Shown here one piece after another: positions 43,245-56,990 of a stretch of 64,000 nt of DNA. The notes beneath the pieces are model-generated. The model searched no databases. It was given only the letters and a program-made list of their open reading frames with translations, and was not told where the DNA came from. The stretch is from positions 19,220,001 through 19,284,000 of the forward strand of contig OX597831.1 of the NCBI GenBank assembly GCA_951406725.2, written 5' to 3'. Made by a program: the position numbers and the translations under genes. Within the stretch, counting starts at the first letter, position 1, and each line of letters starts with the position of its first letter. This DNA is from Octopus vulgaris (Eukaryota).

Positions 43245-43513
43245 AATGCTGATAACAGATGTTATTTCTAAAATAGATATAAATGTGATGTATGCGATGT
43301 CATTATACTTCATTGTCCAATAGGCGAAAAATGTATAAAACATTCGTATGTAGACGTTTTAGATGACAAGTTTTATAGGAATTTGGAAAACAAATTGGTG
43401 CGAACTACACATTCACTGAATTTCTCATTAATCGTGCGTTAACTGTTTTCATTATATATATATATATGTGTGTGTGTGTGTGCATATATACATATATATA
43501 TATGTATATACAC

Positions 43514-43565
<52 letters not shown>

Positions 43566-43599
43566 CTTTATATACATACATACATATATATATACATAT

Positions 43600-43665
<66 letters not shown>

Positions 43666-43740
43666 TATATTGTGTGTGATTGTGTATAGAAATAATAATA
43701 AAAATTAACCTTTTGATTTCATTTTATTTACATCTTATAA

Positions 43741-43786
<46 letters not shown>

Positions 43787-44027
43787 GTGTTGACAGTCAT
43801 GCTTCACAATTTTTGACTGTAGAAGATGAGTGATTCTGTGCTATAAATACAGCTGGGTAGGTCAGAGTGCTAGGTTTTGCAAACTGTATTCTGACCAATC
43901 AGGTGTAGTATCACTCAATTACTTAAGCTGATTGGTTGGTTGAGCTGATTGGTTTAGGCATCACGCTTTTATATATATATAAAATAAGAAAATGGAGGAA
44001 TAGATTTTAATCATTCATCAACTATTA

Positions 44028-44071
44028 TATTATATGGGCGAAGGTAAAATTTTACCTTCGCCCATATAATA
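44028..44071. repeat. Perfect 44-bp loopless palindrome
   Basis: tattatatgggcgaaggtaaaa|ttttaccttcgcccatataata. Confidence 0.95.
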
Positions 44072-44199
44072 CAATAGATGAATTAATTGCATTGCAATTC
44101 TTAGCATTTATGTATTAGCCTTTCTGGGTACTTTACTGGCAGTATATTGGATAAATGTTATCCCATAGTGGGTAACACTCACAACCCCTATCTCACTTT

Positions 44200-44510
<311 letters not shown>

Positions 44511-44582
44511 CAGTGTTTTAGAATAGAAAAATGTCAATAATGAACATTTATTACATAATGTTTATTTCAAGAAGTTACAGTA

Positions 44583-44935
44583 TTTTCAAGTTTTCGTGAA
44601 TCCTTCTGACGAATTCTTCTCTTTAGTTCTGTCAGAACTAAAGAGAAATGTTCGCCAGAAGACTCCACGCAAACGTGAAGATTTGTGGAAGCTCAGCTAC
44701 AGAGAACAGCATCTCTACCTGTGAAGATGGTGAAGGATTTGTAGGCAACACTTCCCAGGGGCATTTGAACAATTATTCAAGATAAGGGAAGCCACACCAA
44801 ATATTAACCATGTTCAGTAACTACTAGAAATGAATATTATGTATTCAATTCTCATTATAGACTTATTTCCTGTTTGAAAACATTGTATCTTGATAGGTTC
44901 ATGTGAGGTGGCCAAAAGCTTTTGTATGGCCATTT
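44583..44935 (+). mobile_element. Tc1 transposase C-terminal remnant with inverted duplication
   Basis: Plus-strand SELKRNVRQKTPRKREDLWK...IIQDKGSHTKY*. Bases 44583-44630 are an inverted copy of 44634-44683. Confidence 0.65.
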
Positions 44936-45330
44936 TTAGTGGTTGTCGCGCATCTTCCCCTTTCATTAAGAAAACCTACTACAAAATATACTGATTAGGT
45001 ATAGGAATGACTCCAACGGGGCCAATGCTTCATCTGTTAAAAACGCAATGTGAAACAGCCACTTATAAGTTGCCACTTAGTAGAAATTTACAATAGTTAA
45101 AAGTAGCCAAAGACTTTTGTTCAGTATTGCATTTGCAAACAGGAAAGAGACAAAACATGAGTATATATATATATATATATACAAAAAGCAATAAAGATTC
45201 AAGTTAATTTAAATGAATTTACTTGAATATGGTACCTAACTTAGATGCACCAAAACAAACTATACGGTTTTAACAATACAGTAATGTGGGGTGATTATAA
45301 GCGAGAAAAAAGCAACAAGAATGGATAGGT

Positions 45331-45421
45331 TTTTAGTACAATCGTTTCATACAAGGACAGGCTTTATTAAAAGTTGCAAAAATTGCAGCATATAAACGTG
45401 TCCTGTACTCATCAGCTAAAA
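45331..45421 (-). ncRNA. Type I hammerhead ribozyme in 3' pLTR
   Basis: ttttag CTGATGA gtacaggaca...tgtccttgtat GAAA cgattg TA ctaaaa. Confidence 0.85.
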
Positions 45422-46889
45422 TACATGTGAGTTCTCTAGACATCCTAGTGGTTGAGGCTATACTCATGAAGTAATGTAGATAATTAAGTAACATAAACAG
45501 ATTTCCAAAGTTCATTAAAGTTCTTTAAAGATGATGTACAGTCTTATCACAGAATTTTAAAAAAGTTTTAATAGCATCACAGAGAAGGTGACTTAATCCA
45601 TAGTGTACATATGAATTTCCAGAGATATGAGGAGGGATTACATACTCACAGACGACAAATTTATCCATTGCTAATCACAACGAGGTGGGTTTCAATTCCT
45701 GCTTATTAGCATTACAGAGAGGGTGAATTAATCCTTTGTATAGATGCACAATTTCCAATGGTGTAGATGTAAATTTCCAGAGAAATGAAGAGGAATTTCA
45801 TATTCACAGGCGATAAATTTATCAATGGTTGAACACAATGAGGTGGGTATCAATTCTTGCTATATGATTAGGTATTTGCCACATTAATCACATTACTGCT
45901 ATTTTCAAGAGACTGTAGCTATTTAACTTATAAAGGCTGAAGGGCTTTCTGGAGAGGCAAAGAACAGAAAAGGGAAGGAAAGAGAGAAAATAAGGGGAGG
46001 GAGCAAAAGGGGGGGGGGCTAGAAGAGAAGAGAAAAGGAAAAAGAAAAAAGAAAAAGAGAATAAGAAGAAGAAAAAAAGAGAAAAGAGAAAGAAATAGGG
46101 AAAGAAGGGAAAAAAAGAAAAAGAAAAAAAGAGGGTTCTAGTTATACAGAAGAATTAGTAGACGGCAAGTCTGGTTTTAATTTACAGGCATCTAGGAACT
46201 AGAGGAGAATATTATTCTTTGACCAGTAAAACAGCTAATTTATTGCTGTCGAAAGCAGCTATGAATTTAAAGAGAATCTAAAGAGATAACACGGTCAGGG
46301 GTTTAGGGGTTTAGTGGTCAAAGGCTAAAATCAAAAGAAAATACATTAGGAAAATCTAAGTATAATCTTATCAAAAAGTCATTAAAATTTATTTATTTAT
46401 TTTATTCATTTTACTGTCTTAAGGAGTTGCCTTTATTATTCATACATTGACGGACTACAGGTCAAATCTTAGAAGATCATTTACAAGGTGTTAGGGAATT
46501 GTCTATCATAATGAAGATAATCATATTATAACCGAGGGAGTAGCCTTATTTATTTAATTTTGAAATAGAATTATGGGGCTTTAGTAACTCATTTTATTTT
46601 ATTAAAGTTATGCTACTTAAATTAGATTAAGTTAAGAATTAAAATTAAAAATTAAAATTAAGATTTAAAATTAAGATTTAAAAATTTAAAATTATGAGTT
46701 TGAAATTAAATAAAGCCTCAATTAAGCAGCGTATAAGTACTATTCATTTCCCTGTTCTCAAAAAACTGATGCAGATATAAGGAAAAAGATAACTGTAGTG
46801 TGAGAACTCTTAGTTATCTACTTAAAGCAGTGCTATACTAGTAGAAATCAAGTTATATCTATCTATCTATCTAGTTACGACTATTCTAA

Positions 46890-49763
46890 TCATTTAAAAT
46901 ATTTTAAAGTCTTCAATTTAGCGTGGACACAAACTTGACCTAGTTCGATATGGTTATTCAATAAGTTTCTATGTTTTCTATGCTTTAGAATTTCATACGT
47001 CTCCATGGAGCATAGTTGGCAACCAACCCTGCTATTTTTATACGGAATTGCTCTCCTAACTATTTCCCAATTAAGGTTGTAATTATTATTATTATTTTTG
47101 AGTTCCCAGATTTTGTTTGAAAGTGTGGTGGTACCAGCTTTATGACGTAATTTAAAAGACGAGATGTGATTTCTAACTCTGGCTAAGAAAATTAATTGTA
47201 CATCCAATGTAAAAATATTTGTTATTCTCCGTGGATATGGTACATTTATAGATTACATTATTTTCCCCGCATAGACCAGGTGCCGGGCATTTTGATTTTA
47301 TTCTACACTTACACACAGGAGGAACAACTTCAGGCTTTGGATTATTCTTGGGTAGATGTCTTAGGTTCCTATTATTTTGATTATCATGAGTATAATTGTC
47401 TTATTGTAATTAATATTTCTATAGTTGGTGCTGATATCTAAAGTATTGCTATTATTTATTGATCCTTCTGTTTCATCTTTTAGGTCTAAAGTCCTACCAT
47501 GATTTCTTATATTATTGGTAATGTTACTATTATTGTTAGTCTTTTTATCCGACTGCATATTGTTGCTATAGATATCACTGATATTTTCATTCTCCTTATT
47601 TTCTCCATTAGCCTTATTTCTATTATTTCTATTATTAACATTATTACTTCTATTAATATCGGTATTGTTATTATTACTATTAATGTTAATGTTATTAGTC
47701 ATTCTGTGGTAACTAATTTCACCCATGTTTTGATAGTTACTATTGCTGTTTTTATTGTTGGTAGTAATATTATAATTGCTATTGGTATTCATGCTGATAT
47801 TATTATTTTTATTTCTATTTTTCCTGGCTAGTTTAATGTTGTTATTATTAATCTTAGCTATTAAAGTGGACATATTTGGGAGGGTTGAATAAGAAATCCT
47901 AACTGTTTTCCTAGAAATAATTCTATGATATCTATGAGAGATTGGGAAATTTTTTTCCAGAATTACTTTGAATTTGTTCTGTATATCCGATTGTATCGCA
48001 CAGTTGAAAGGAATATTCAGCCATATTATATCTTTTTTATTAAATTTAGGGTTCGTGGAATTATTACTATTCATCTCACCGGAGCTATTGTATTTATTAC
48101 CATTATTTTTATTTTTATTTGTGTGCATCTTTGGTTTATCTACTTCGATATTATCCGAGTTACCTATGTTCTGGTCAATGCTTCTATTTGAATTGTTGGG
48201 CCTGTACGTTAGATTAGCGTTTACCGTTAATTTAATTCTACTTATATTTCGGGCTTGGTCTATATTGCTGCTTACGTGATTACTGATAACTTCCTTATTA
48301 GGAATACGTGAGTTCTCCTTATCAACGAATGTAATCTTTTGGTTGTATCCAGCCTTAGTTAACGCCGCATTATAATGCTCAGAATGGGAGTTAAATATAT
48401 CCTTATTGGATGATAATTTTGAAATTCTTAATGAAATATTTCTTACTAAAGATTCAATTATATTTGGGGGATGATTTGATAATTTATTTACGTAATTCGT
48501 GATTTCGCCTTCCTTTCTAAATGGGTAATGCAGCTTGGAGTTAAGGTCTAGCGTAATATCTAGGAAGTTAACTATTTTAGTGCCCGGTTCATACGTTATA
48601 CTGAGGTTGAAATCCTTAAAGAACTTATTAATTTTCTTTCTAATCCTTTCTATAACAGATTTATTATTACTAGGGATAACAAACAGAGCATCATCCCTAT
48701 GTAGACCCCCCTGTATTTCTGTGATATCCTTGCTTATGCATTTTAATAGATATGCGCCTACTAGGTTGGTTACCTCAGCCGAATCACTGGAACCCATTGG
48801 TATATCAAAATAATTAGGTGTATCTGCTCTAGTCCATAATTTATCTTCAAATTCTATAAATGTCTTCCTAGCTAGTAGCACAATATTGATTTCTTCTCTA
48901 GATATGAGGGAGCGATTCATGGCAAATATTAGTGATTTGTTGAGTAAGATAGGGGAAATACTAGAGTAATAACTATTAATATCGAACTGAATAAAGGACA
49001 TACTACTAGTATTAGTTAGAGAGTTAAACCATTTTAGAACTTCGTCCGTACTTAGCCATAGGTTTAAGGGGAGAAGAGGGGTTATTTGGGGTAGAACAGT
49101 ATCCAGGATAGATTTACTAAGTCGGCCAATGTCCGACTTAGTTGGACAGATCAGCCTTACCGAAGGGTTTTCCAAGAAATTCTTTTTGTGGTCTTTAAGG
49201 TTGATCCTGGGCTCACACGGTTTAAGCGGCTCTGTTCTATCCGTTAAATTTAGTTTCTCCATGATCTCTTTCATTTCCAGGTTTACTTTTTTCAAATTGT
49301 TCTTAGTCGTAATTTTATATTTGGAATTTAGTTCCTTCCTAATTAATTTGCTATAAAGATCGTAATCAACTCTATACATATTACCCGTTTTATCTGCTGG
49401 TACTAGGATTCCATGTTTGCACCTGGTTGACTGAATAAAGTTCCTAAGGTGTCTAAGGTGAGGGTTGTATCCCAACGGGTGTTCCTTGAAGCTAATATCA
49501 TCTATAAGATTCAGCAAGTCTTTCTCAAAGTTCTCCAGGAATGGATTCTGAGGTGGACTTTTTCTACATTTAAAAATTCTTCTAAAATTCTTTTCGGTAT
49601 TCTTTTCCTGTGGTTTCTTCTTCTGTTTGACATCAAAATGGTACGTTTTCCACCTGATTCTTCTAATGAAATCGTTAATCCTATGAATGAGAAGCCAATT
49701 ATATTCATCTATACTATGTAAGGGGATGTCTTTAGGGGAGAACTCAATGTTTACTTTTTCCAT
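46890..49763 (-). pseudogene. Penelope RT, Asn-rich linker and GIY-YIG EN; one frameshift near 47390
   Basis: MEKVNIEFSPKDIP start, PADKTGN, FIQFDINSYYSSI, PMGS and HRDD (mutated YRDD). EN CKC..CP..C, VIYKC...YIG, CQLC...LLN...CVH. Confidence 0.9.
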
Positions 49764-49965
49764 TCTTGTCGAGAAATTAAGTACCAGAAAAACATACAGA
49801 CTGTATGGGAATATATTCAAAAAGCAATAAAGATTCAAGTTAATTTAAATGAATTTACTTGAATATGGTACCTAACTTAGATGCACCAAAACAAACTATA
49901 CGGTTTTAACAATACAGTAATGTGGGGTGATTATAAGCGAGAAAAAGCAACAAGAATGGATAGGT

Positions 49966-50056
49966 TTTTAGTACAATCGTTTCATACAAGGACAGGCTTT
50001 ATTAAAAGTTGCAAAAATTGCAGCATATAAACGTGTCCCGTACTCATCAGCTAAAA
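49966..50056 (-). ncRNA. Type I hammerhead ribozyme in 5' pLTR
   Basis: Same motif, ~200 nt upstream of the ORF ATG. Confidence 0.85.
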
Positions 50057-50476
50057 TACATGTGAGTTCTCTAGACATCCTAGTGGTTGAGGCTATACTC
50101 ATGAAGTAATGTAGATAATTAAGTAACATAAACATATTTCCAAAGTTCATTAAAGTTCTTTAAAGATGATGTACAGTCTTATCACAGAATTTTAAAAAAG
50201 TTTTAATAGCATCACAGAGAAGGTGACTTAATCCATAGTGTACATATGAATTTCCAGAGATATGAGGAGGGATTACATACTCACAGACGACAAATTTATC
50301 CATTGCTTAATCACAACGAGGTGGGTTTCAATTCCTGCTTATTAGCATTACAGAGAGGGTGAATTAATCCTTTGTATAGATGCACAATTTCCAATGGTGT
50401 AGATGTAAATTTCCAGAGAAATGAAGAGGAATTTCATATTCACAGGCGATAAATTTATCAATGGTTGAACACAATT

Positions 50477-52316
50477 TATCTATTAAAATGCATAAGCAAG
50501 GATATCCCAGAAATACAGGGGGGTCTATATAGGGATGATGCTCTGTTTGTTATCCCTAGTAATAATAAATCTGTTATAGAAAGGATTAGAAAGAAAATTA
50601 ATAAGTTCTTTAAGGATTTCAACCTCAGTATAACGTATGAACCGGGCACTAAAATAGTTAACTTCCTAGATATTACGCTAGACCTGAACTCCAAGCTGCA
50701 TTACCCATTTAGAAAGGAAGGCGAAATCACGAATTACGTAAATAAATTATCAAATCATCCCCCAAATATAATAGAATCTTTAGTAAGAAATATTTCATTA
50801 AGAATTTCAAAATTATCATCCAATAAGGATATATTTAACTCCCATTCTGAGCATTATAATGCGGCGTTAACTAAGGCTGGATACAACCAAAAGATTACAT
50901 TCGTTGATAAGGAGAACTCACGTATTCCTAATAAGGAAGTTATCAGTAATCACGTAAGCAGCAATATAGACCAAGCCCGAAATATAAGTAGAATTAAATT
51001 AACGGTAAACGCTAATCTAACGTACAGGCCCAACAATTCAAATAGAAGCATTGACCAGAACATAGGTAACTCGGATAATATCGAAGTAGATAAACCTAAG
51101 ATGCACACAAATAAAAATAAAAATAATGGTAATAAATACAATAACTCCGGTGAGATGAATAGTAGTAATTCTACGAACCCTAAATTTAATAAAAAAGATA
51201 TATTATGGCTGAATATTCCTTTCAACTGTGCGATACAATCGGATATACAGAACAAATTCAAAGTAATTCTGGAAAAAAATTTCCCTATCTCTCATAGATA
51301 TCATAGAATTATTTCTAGGAAAACAGTTAGGATTTCTTATTCAACCCTCCCAAATATGTCCACTTTAATAGCTAAGATTAATAATAACAACATTAAACTA
51401 GCCAGGAAAGATAGAAATAAAAATAATAATATCAGCATGAATACCAATAGCAATTATAATAATACTACCAACAATAAAAACAGCAATAGTAACTATCAAA
51501 ACATAGGTGAAATTAGTAACCACAGAATGACTAATAACATTAACATTAATAGTAATAATAACAATGCCGATATTAATAGAAGTAATAATGTTAATAATAG
51601 AAATAATAGAAATAAGGCTAATGGAGAAAATAAGGAGAATGAAAATATCAGTGATATCTATAACAACAATATGCAGTCGGATAAAAAGACTAACAATAAT
51701 AGTAACATTACCAATAATATAAGAAATCATGGTAGGACTTTAGACCTAAATGATGAAACAGAAGGATCAATAAATAATAGCAATACTTTAGATATCAGCA
51801 CCAACTATAGAAATATTAATGATAACTCAAAATAATAGGAACCTAAGACATCTACCCAAGAATAATCCAAAGCCTGAAGTTGTTCCTCCTGTGTGTAAGT
51901 GTAGAATAAAATCAAAATGCCCGGCACCTGGTCTATGTGGGGAAAATAATGTAATCTATAAATGTACCATATCCACGGAGAATAACAAATATTTTTACAT
52001 TGGATGTACAATTAATTTTCTAGCCAGAGTTAGAAATCACATCTCGTCTTTTAAATTACGTCATAAAGCTGGTACCACCACACTTTCAAACAAAATCTGG
52101 GAACTCAAAAATAATAATAATAATTATAACCTTAATTGGGAAATAGTTAGGAGAGCAATTCCGTATAAAAATAGCAGGGTTGGTTGCCAACTATGCTCCA
52201 TGGAGACGTATGAAATTCTAAAGCATAGAAAACATAGAAACTTATTGAATAACCATATCGAACTAGGTCAAGTTTGTGTCCACGCTAAATTGAAGACTTT
52301 AAAATATTTTAAATGA
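50477..52316 (+). pseudogene. Penelope RT C-half (YRDD), Asn-rich linker and GIY-YIG EN; frameshift near 51826
   Basis: ORFs 50465-51835 and 51819-52316. Confidence 0.9.
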
Positions 52317-53764
52317 TTAGAATATTCGTAACTAGATAGATAGATAGATATAACTTGATTTCTACTAGTATAGCACTGCTTTAAGTAGATAACTAAGAGT
52401 TCTCACACTACAGTTATCTTTTTCCTTATATCTGCATCAGTTTTTTTGAGAACAGGGAAATGAATAGTACTTATACGCTGCTTAATTGAGGCTTTATTTA
52501 ATTTCAAACTCATAATTTTAAATTTTAATTTTAAATCTTAATTGTTAATTTTAATTTTAATTCTAACTTAATCTAATTTAAGTAGCATAACTCTAATAAA
52601 ATAAAATGAGTTACTATAGCCCCATAATTCTATTTCAAAATTAAATAAATAAGGCTACTCCCTCGGTGATAATATGATTATCTTCATTATGATAGACAAT
52701 TCCCTAACACCTTGTAAATGATCTTCTAAGATTTGACCTGTAGTCCGTCAATGTATGAATAATAAAGGCAACTCCTTAAGACAATATAATGAATAAATTA
52801 AATAAATAAACTTTAATGACTTTTTGATAAGATTATACTTAGATTTTCCTAATGTATTTTCTTTTGATTTTAGCATCTGACCCCTAAACCCCTGACTGTG
52901 TTATCTCTTTAGATTCTCTTTAAATTCATAGCTGATTTCAACAGCAATAAATTAGCTGTTTTACTGGTCAAAGAATAATATTCTCCTCTAGTTCCTAGAT
53001 GCCTGTAAATTAAAACCAGACTTGCCGTCTACTAATTCTTCTGTATAACTAGAACCCTCTTTTTTTTTTTTCTTTTTTTCTTCTTTCCCTATTTCTTTCT
53101 CTTTTCTCTTTTTTTTTTCTTCTTATTCTCTTTTTCCTTTTCTCTTTCTTTTAGTCCCCCCCCCCCTTTTGCTCCCTCCTCCTTTATTTTCTCTCTTTTC
53201 TTCTATTCCCTTCCCTTTTCTATTCTTTGCCTCTCTAGAAAGCCCTTCAGCCTTTAAAAGTTAAATAGCTACAGCCTCTTGTAAATAGCAGTAATGTGAT
53301 TAATGTGGCAAATACCTAATCATATAACAAGAATTGATACCTACCTCATTGTGTTCAACCATTGATAAATTTATCGCCTGTGAATATGAAATTCCTCTTC
53401 ATTTCTCTGGAAATTTACATCTACACCATTGGAAATTGTGCATCTATACAAAGGATTAATTCACCCTCTCTGTAATGCTAATAAGCAGGAATTGAGACCC
53501 ACCTCGTTGTGATTAACAATGGATAAATTTGTCGTCTGTGAGTATGTAATCCCTCCTCATATCTCTGGAAATTCATATGTGCACTATGGATTAGGTCACC
53601 TTCTCTGTGATGCTATTAAAACTTTTTAAAATTCTGTGATAAGACTGTACATCATCTTTAAAGAACTTTAATGAACTTTGGAAATCTGTTTATGTTACTT
53701 AATTATCTACATTACTTCATGAGTATAGCCTCAACCACTAGGATGTCTAGAGAACTCACATGTA

Positions 53765-53855
53765 TTTTAGCTGATGAGTACGGGACACGTTTATATGCTG
53801 TAATTTTTGCAACTTTTAATAAAGCCTGTCCTTGTATGAAACGATTGTACTAAAA
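53765..53855 (+). ncRNA. Type I hammerhead ribozyme in inverted-arm pLTR
   Basis: Same motif; predicted cleavage after 53849. Confidence 0.85.
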
Positions 53856-54373
53856 ACCTATCCATTCTTGTTGCTTTTTTCTCGCGTATATATATATATA
53901 TATATATCATTGCTATTGTATTAAACTGTCGTATGTCCAAATTTGGCAAACTTGGCAAACTTGAAATGCTTGCAATTTGTTATGTCAGTGTAACTTTGCA
54001 AAGAATTAGTATTTTCGTAATACCTGCAAACCAACATATATAAATATGCAGATATCTTGACTGGTAATGCAAGTAGAATCTCCCTGTAATAAAAGCACTA
54101 CGTTTACACTGAACTACCAAAACGATCTTGCGTTTTCATTGTTGGGAGGTGTCTTTAGTGTTATTATTAGTCCATTCTCTATTATTGTAGTCTTACTGAA
54201 ATGGCATATTACTGGATTTTCGAATATATCCTAGTTATATGAAAAATTATATTGTTTGTTTATTACAGTAATATTCATATTGGCGTGAAGAAGGTGTGAT
54301 AAACTCTCATCACAGCGCTAATACAAATATCAATATTTCTTTAATGGTGCCGTGTTACAAGCGTGTTACTTAC

Positions 54374-54409
54374 CTCAGGCCTGCTGGTGTCGCTTGGAAA
54401 TAAATGCAA
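54374..54409 (-). CDS. Gene C exon 4, 36 nt (LHLFPSDTSRPE)
   Basis: Acceptor tctttcttacag, donor gtaagt. Paralog of 35892-35927. Confidence 0.7.
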
Positions 54410-55224
54410 CTGTAAGAAAGAGATGTCATATTGTGAAATTGAAAATTCCGGGCAAACTATATATTTATAATCTCTTCTTCAATATTATTAGATGAACTTG
54501 TGTTGCATCATATGCAGATCAGAAGAGTAAATACCAGTAATACACTATGTTTGGTCAGAGATGACGAAAAAGGTAAGTTCACAGTAAAGCAGGACGCAGC
54601 TTTGTTTCTTTCGCGTATGCCATCTTCAAACCTTTGTCCAGTAATATGTTGTGCATTTCATTTCATGGACTCCCACATTTTATAGGGTTTCACGTCATTA
54701 CCTCATGATATGACAGTGGGGAGAGGTCGTTTAGAACGTATCATCCGTATTATCTGAGGCTGAGATGTCAAGTAAAGGAATATCAACAGTACCATTTGAC
54801 TAGCCTTAAATCTCAGCCGCATATTTTAGAAACTCTTCCCTATAAACGGAATATTTAACAGGTCATAAGAAGCGATATTTCAGGCCTGAATATGAGCTGA
54901 AGTTTCCCAACGTGGCAGATGTCATGAAGCTGCCCGAAAAACATGTGCGGACAAAACAGTAACCTAAGATACGCATGATTTGAATGTTGTTTGCATTCCC
55001 CAACATTTACATCGATTCCTGTCAACGCAGTCATCCTTCAGAATTTCGAGCCTGGTCGATGTCATAATATTTCTAAAGTTAAATTGTGATGATCAGATGA
55101 CGTATTATCAAAAGGATGGAACACAGAGCTGCGTCGTGCCGACCCTTCAACATCCTAGGAACCTCTTCCAGTATTCGAGATGAGCTGATATCTGCGTCTA
55201 TATCAATAAATCCTTTTTGCTTTT

Positions 55225-55614
55225 TTTGCTTTTACTTGTTTCAGTCATTTGACTGTGGTCATGCTGGAGCACCGTCTTTAGTCGGGCAAATAAACCCCAG
55301 GATTTTTCTTTGTAAGCCTATTACTTATTCTATCGGTCTCTTTTGCCGAACCGCTAAGTTACGGGGACATAAACACACCAGCATCTGTTGACAAGTGATG
55401 TTGGGGGAAAAAACACAGGCACACAAACACACATATATATACATATACACGACGGGCTTCTTTCAGTTTCCGTCTACCACATCCACTCACAAGGTTTTGG
55501 TCGGCCTGAGGCTATAGTAGAAGAAACTTGCTCAAGGTACCACGCAGTGAGACCGAATCCAGAACCATGTGGTTGGTAAGCAAGCTACTTATCAAACAAC
55601 CATCCCTGTGCCTA
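55225..55614 (-). mobile_element. SINE family 1
   Basis: Reverse-complement full copy; absent from the paralogous 36 kb region. Confidence 0.85.
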
Positions 55615-56564
55615 TTATATGTATTACTTACCAAATTCACCGGGTTTTGAAATGAAACAAAAAACCATAAAACTAACGCTAATACCCACGAATGTAGGCA
55701 TATCTCCTGCAGATAGTATAGACACATTGGGGATTCCATACATGCAATGCAAATAGAGCTATCCTATCTGTCCGTCAAGAACCCTGCAGCAATCACATCT
55801 ATGTACGAAGAATACACAAAAACATATTATCATTACAAGTTATACAGGGGCCATAGCCAGGAAACAGCTGGAGACCGAAGAGCAATGATATGCATGAATG
55901 ATCAACGGAGCAGGCCATTGGCACCATTTGTTTATAGAGCAGTTTTAAGGATCAGATTCTTTGTAGTACACGAAACAATCAACTCAGAATATAGAGATAT
56001 TTACAAAATAGGCCAGAACTACATAATATAAACGACTAAATGGGAAAATGAACTCAAGATATGCAGTCATATATAAAACACTCTAGAACTACACCAATCA
56101 CCTCCAAACACGTTGCCATATATAAAGCAATCTAAGGCGACAGAAGCATCTCAAACACGAAATTGTTACCCAAACAAAAGAAAACACACACATACACACA
56201 TACACACTCACATGGTATAAAAACAAGATCATCAAGGAATTTACTTTCTCTAAACACATAGGGAGTCGATGTGACGTGCAAAATCTAAATCTATTTCTTA
56301 TTATTGGAAGGTATGAACATAGAGAAATACTCGAAGACAAAAGAGAGCACGCGTGTGTGCGTCTCACATAATCAGCGGCTTTACGGCTTCTCATAATATT
56401 TATTAGAACATGTCAGTATGGGAAATTTGGTACTTAGCTTATTGGATGTATGGCTTAATTAGGAGCAATTCACTTCCCGTCGTAATTAATCGTGCGAGTA
56501 AATTTATAAATCTTGTACGACAGCAAGATGAAGGCAGACTTAATATTTCTTTTTTCTTTTCTTT

Positions 56565-56990
56565 TCTTTTATTTTGTCTCAGTCATTTGACTGCGTCCAT
56601 GCTGGAGCACCGCCTTTAGTCGAACAAATCGACCTCAGGACTTATTCTTTGGAAGCCTAGTACCTATTCTATCGTTCCCTCTTGCCGAACCGCTGGGTGA
56701 CGGGGACGTAAACACACCGGCATCGGTTGTCATGCGATGATGGGGGAACAAACACAGACACACAAACACACACACGCACACACACATACACACATACACA
56801 CGCATATATATATACATATATATGACGGGCTTCTTTCAGTTTCCGTCTACAAAATCCACTCACAAGGCTTTGGTCGGCCTCGCGGCTATAATAGCAGACA
56901 CTTGCTCAAGGTGCCACGCAGTGGGAGAGAACCCAAAATCATGTGGTTGGTAAGTAAGCTACTTACCACACAGCCACTCCTGCGCCTATA
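56565..56990 (-). mobile_element. SINE family 1
   Basis: Reverse-complement full copy; absent from the paralogous 37 kb region. Confidence 0.88.

Larger units (their letters stand above)
45182..53885. mobile_element. Penelope-like element 2 (Naiad-like): partial tandem with pLTR plus inverted 5'-truncated copy
   Basis: Minus copy 45182-50475 has a direct pLTR repeat (45182-45839 = 49818-50475). Plus copy 50477-53885 makes a ~3.4-kb inverted repeat. Both outer ends lie in (TA)n. Confidence 0.93.

Noticed and set aside
45333-45515. Thrice-repeated 60-aa ORF MNFGNLFMLL... (45333, 49968, 53671)
   Set aside because: Incidental frame in the pLTR that overlaps the hammerhead; conserved only because the pLTR is duplicated.
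51819-52316. Selenocysteine recoding as reported for some Naiad PLEs
   Set aside because: All EN cysteine positions translate as Cys; there is no in-frame TGA except the terminal stop.
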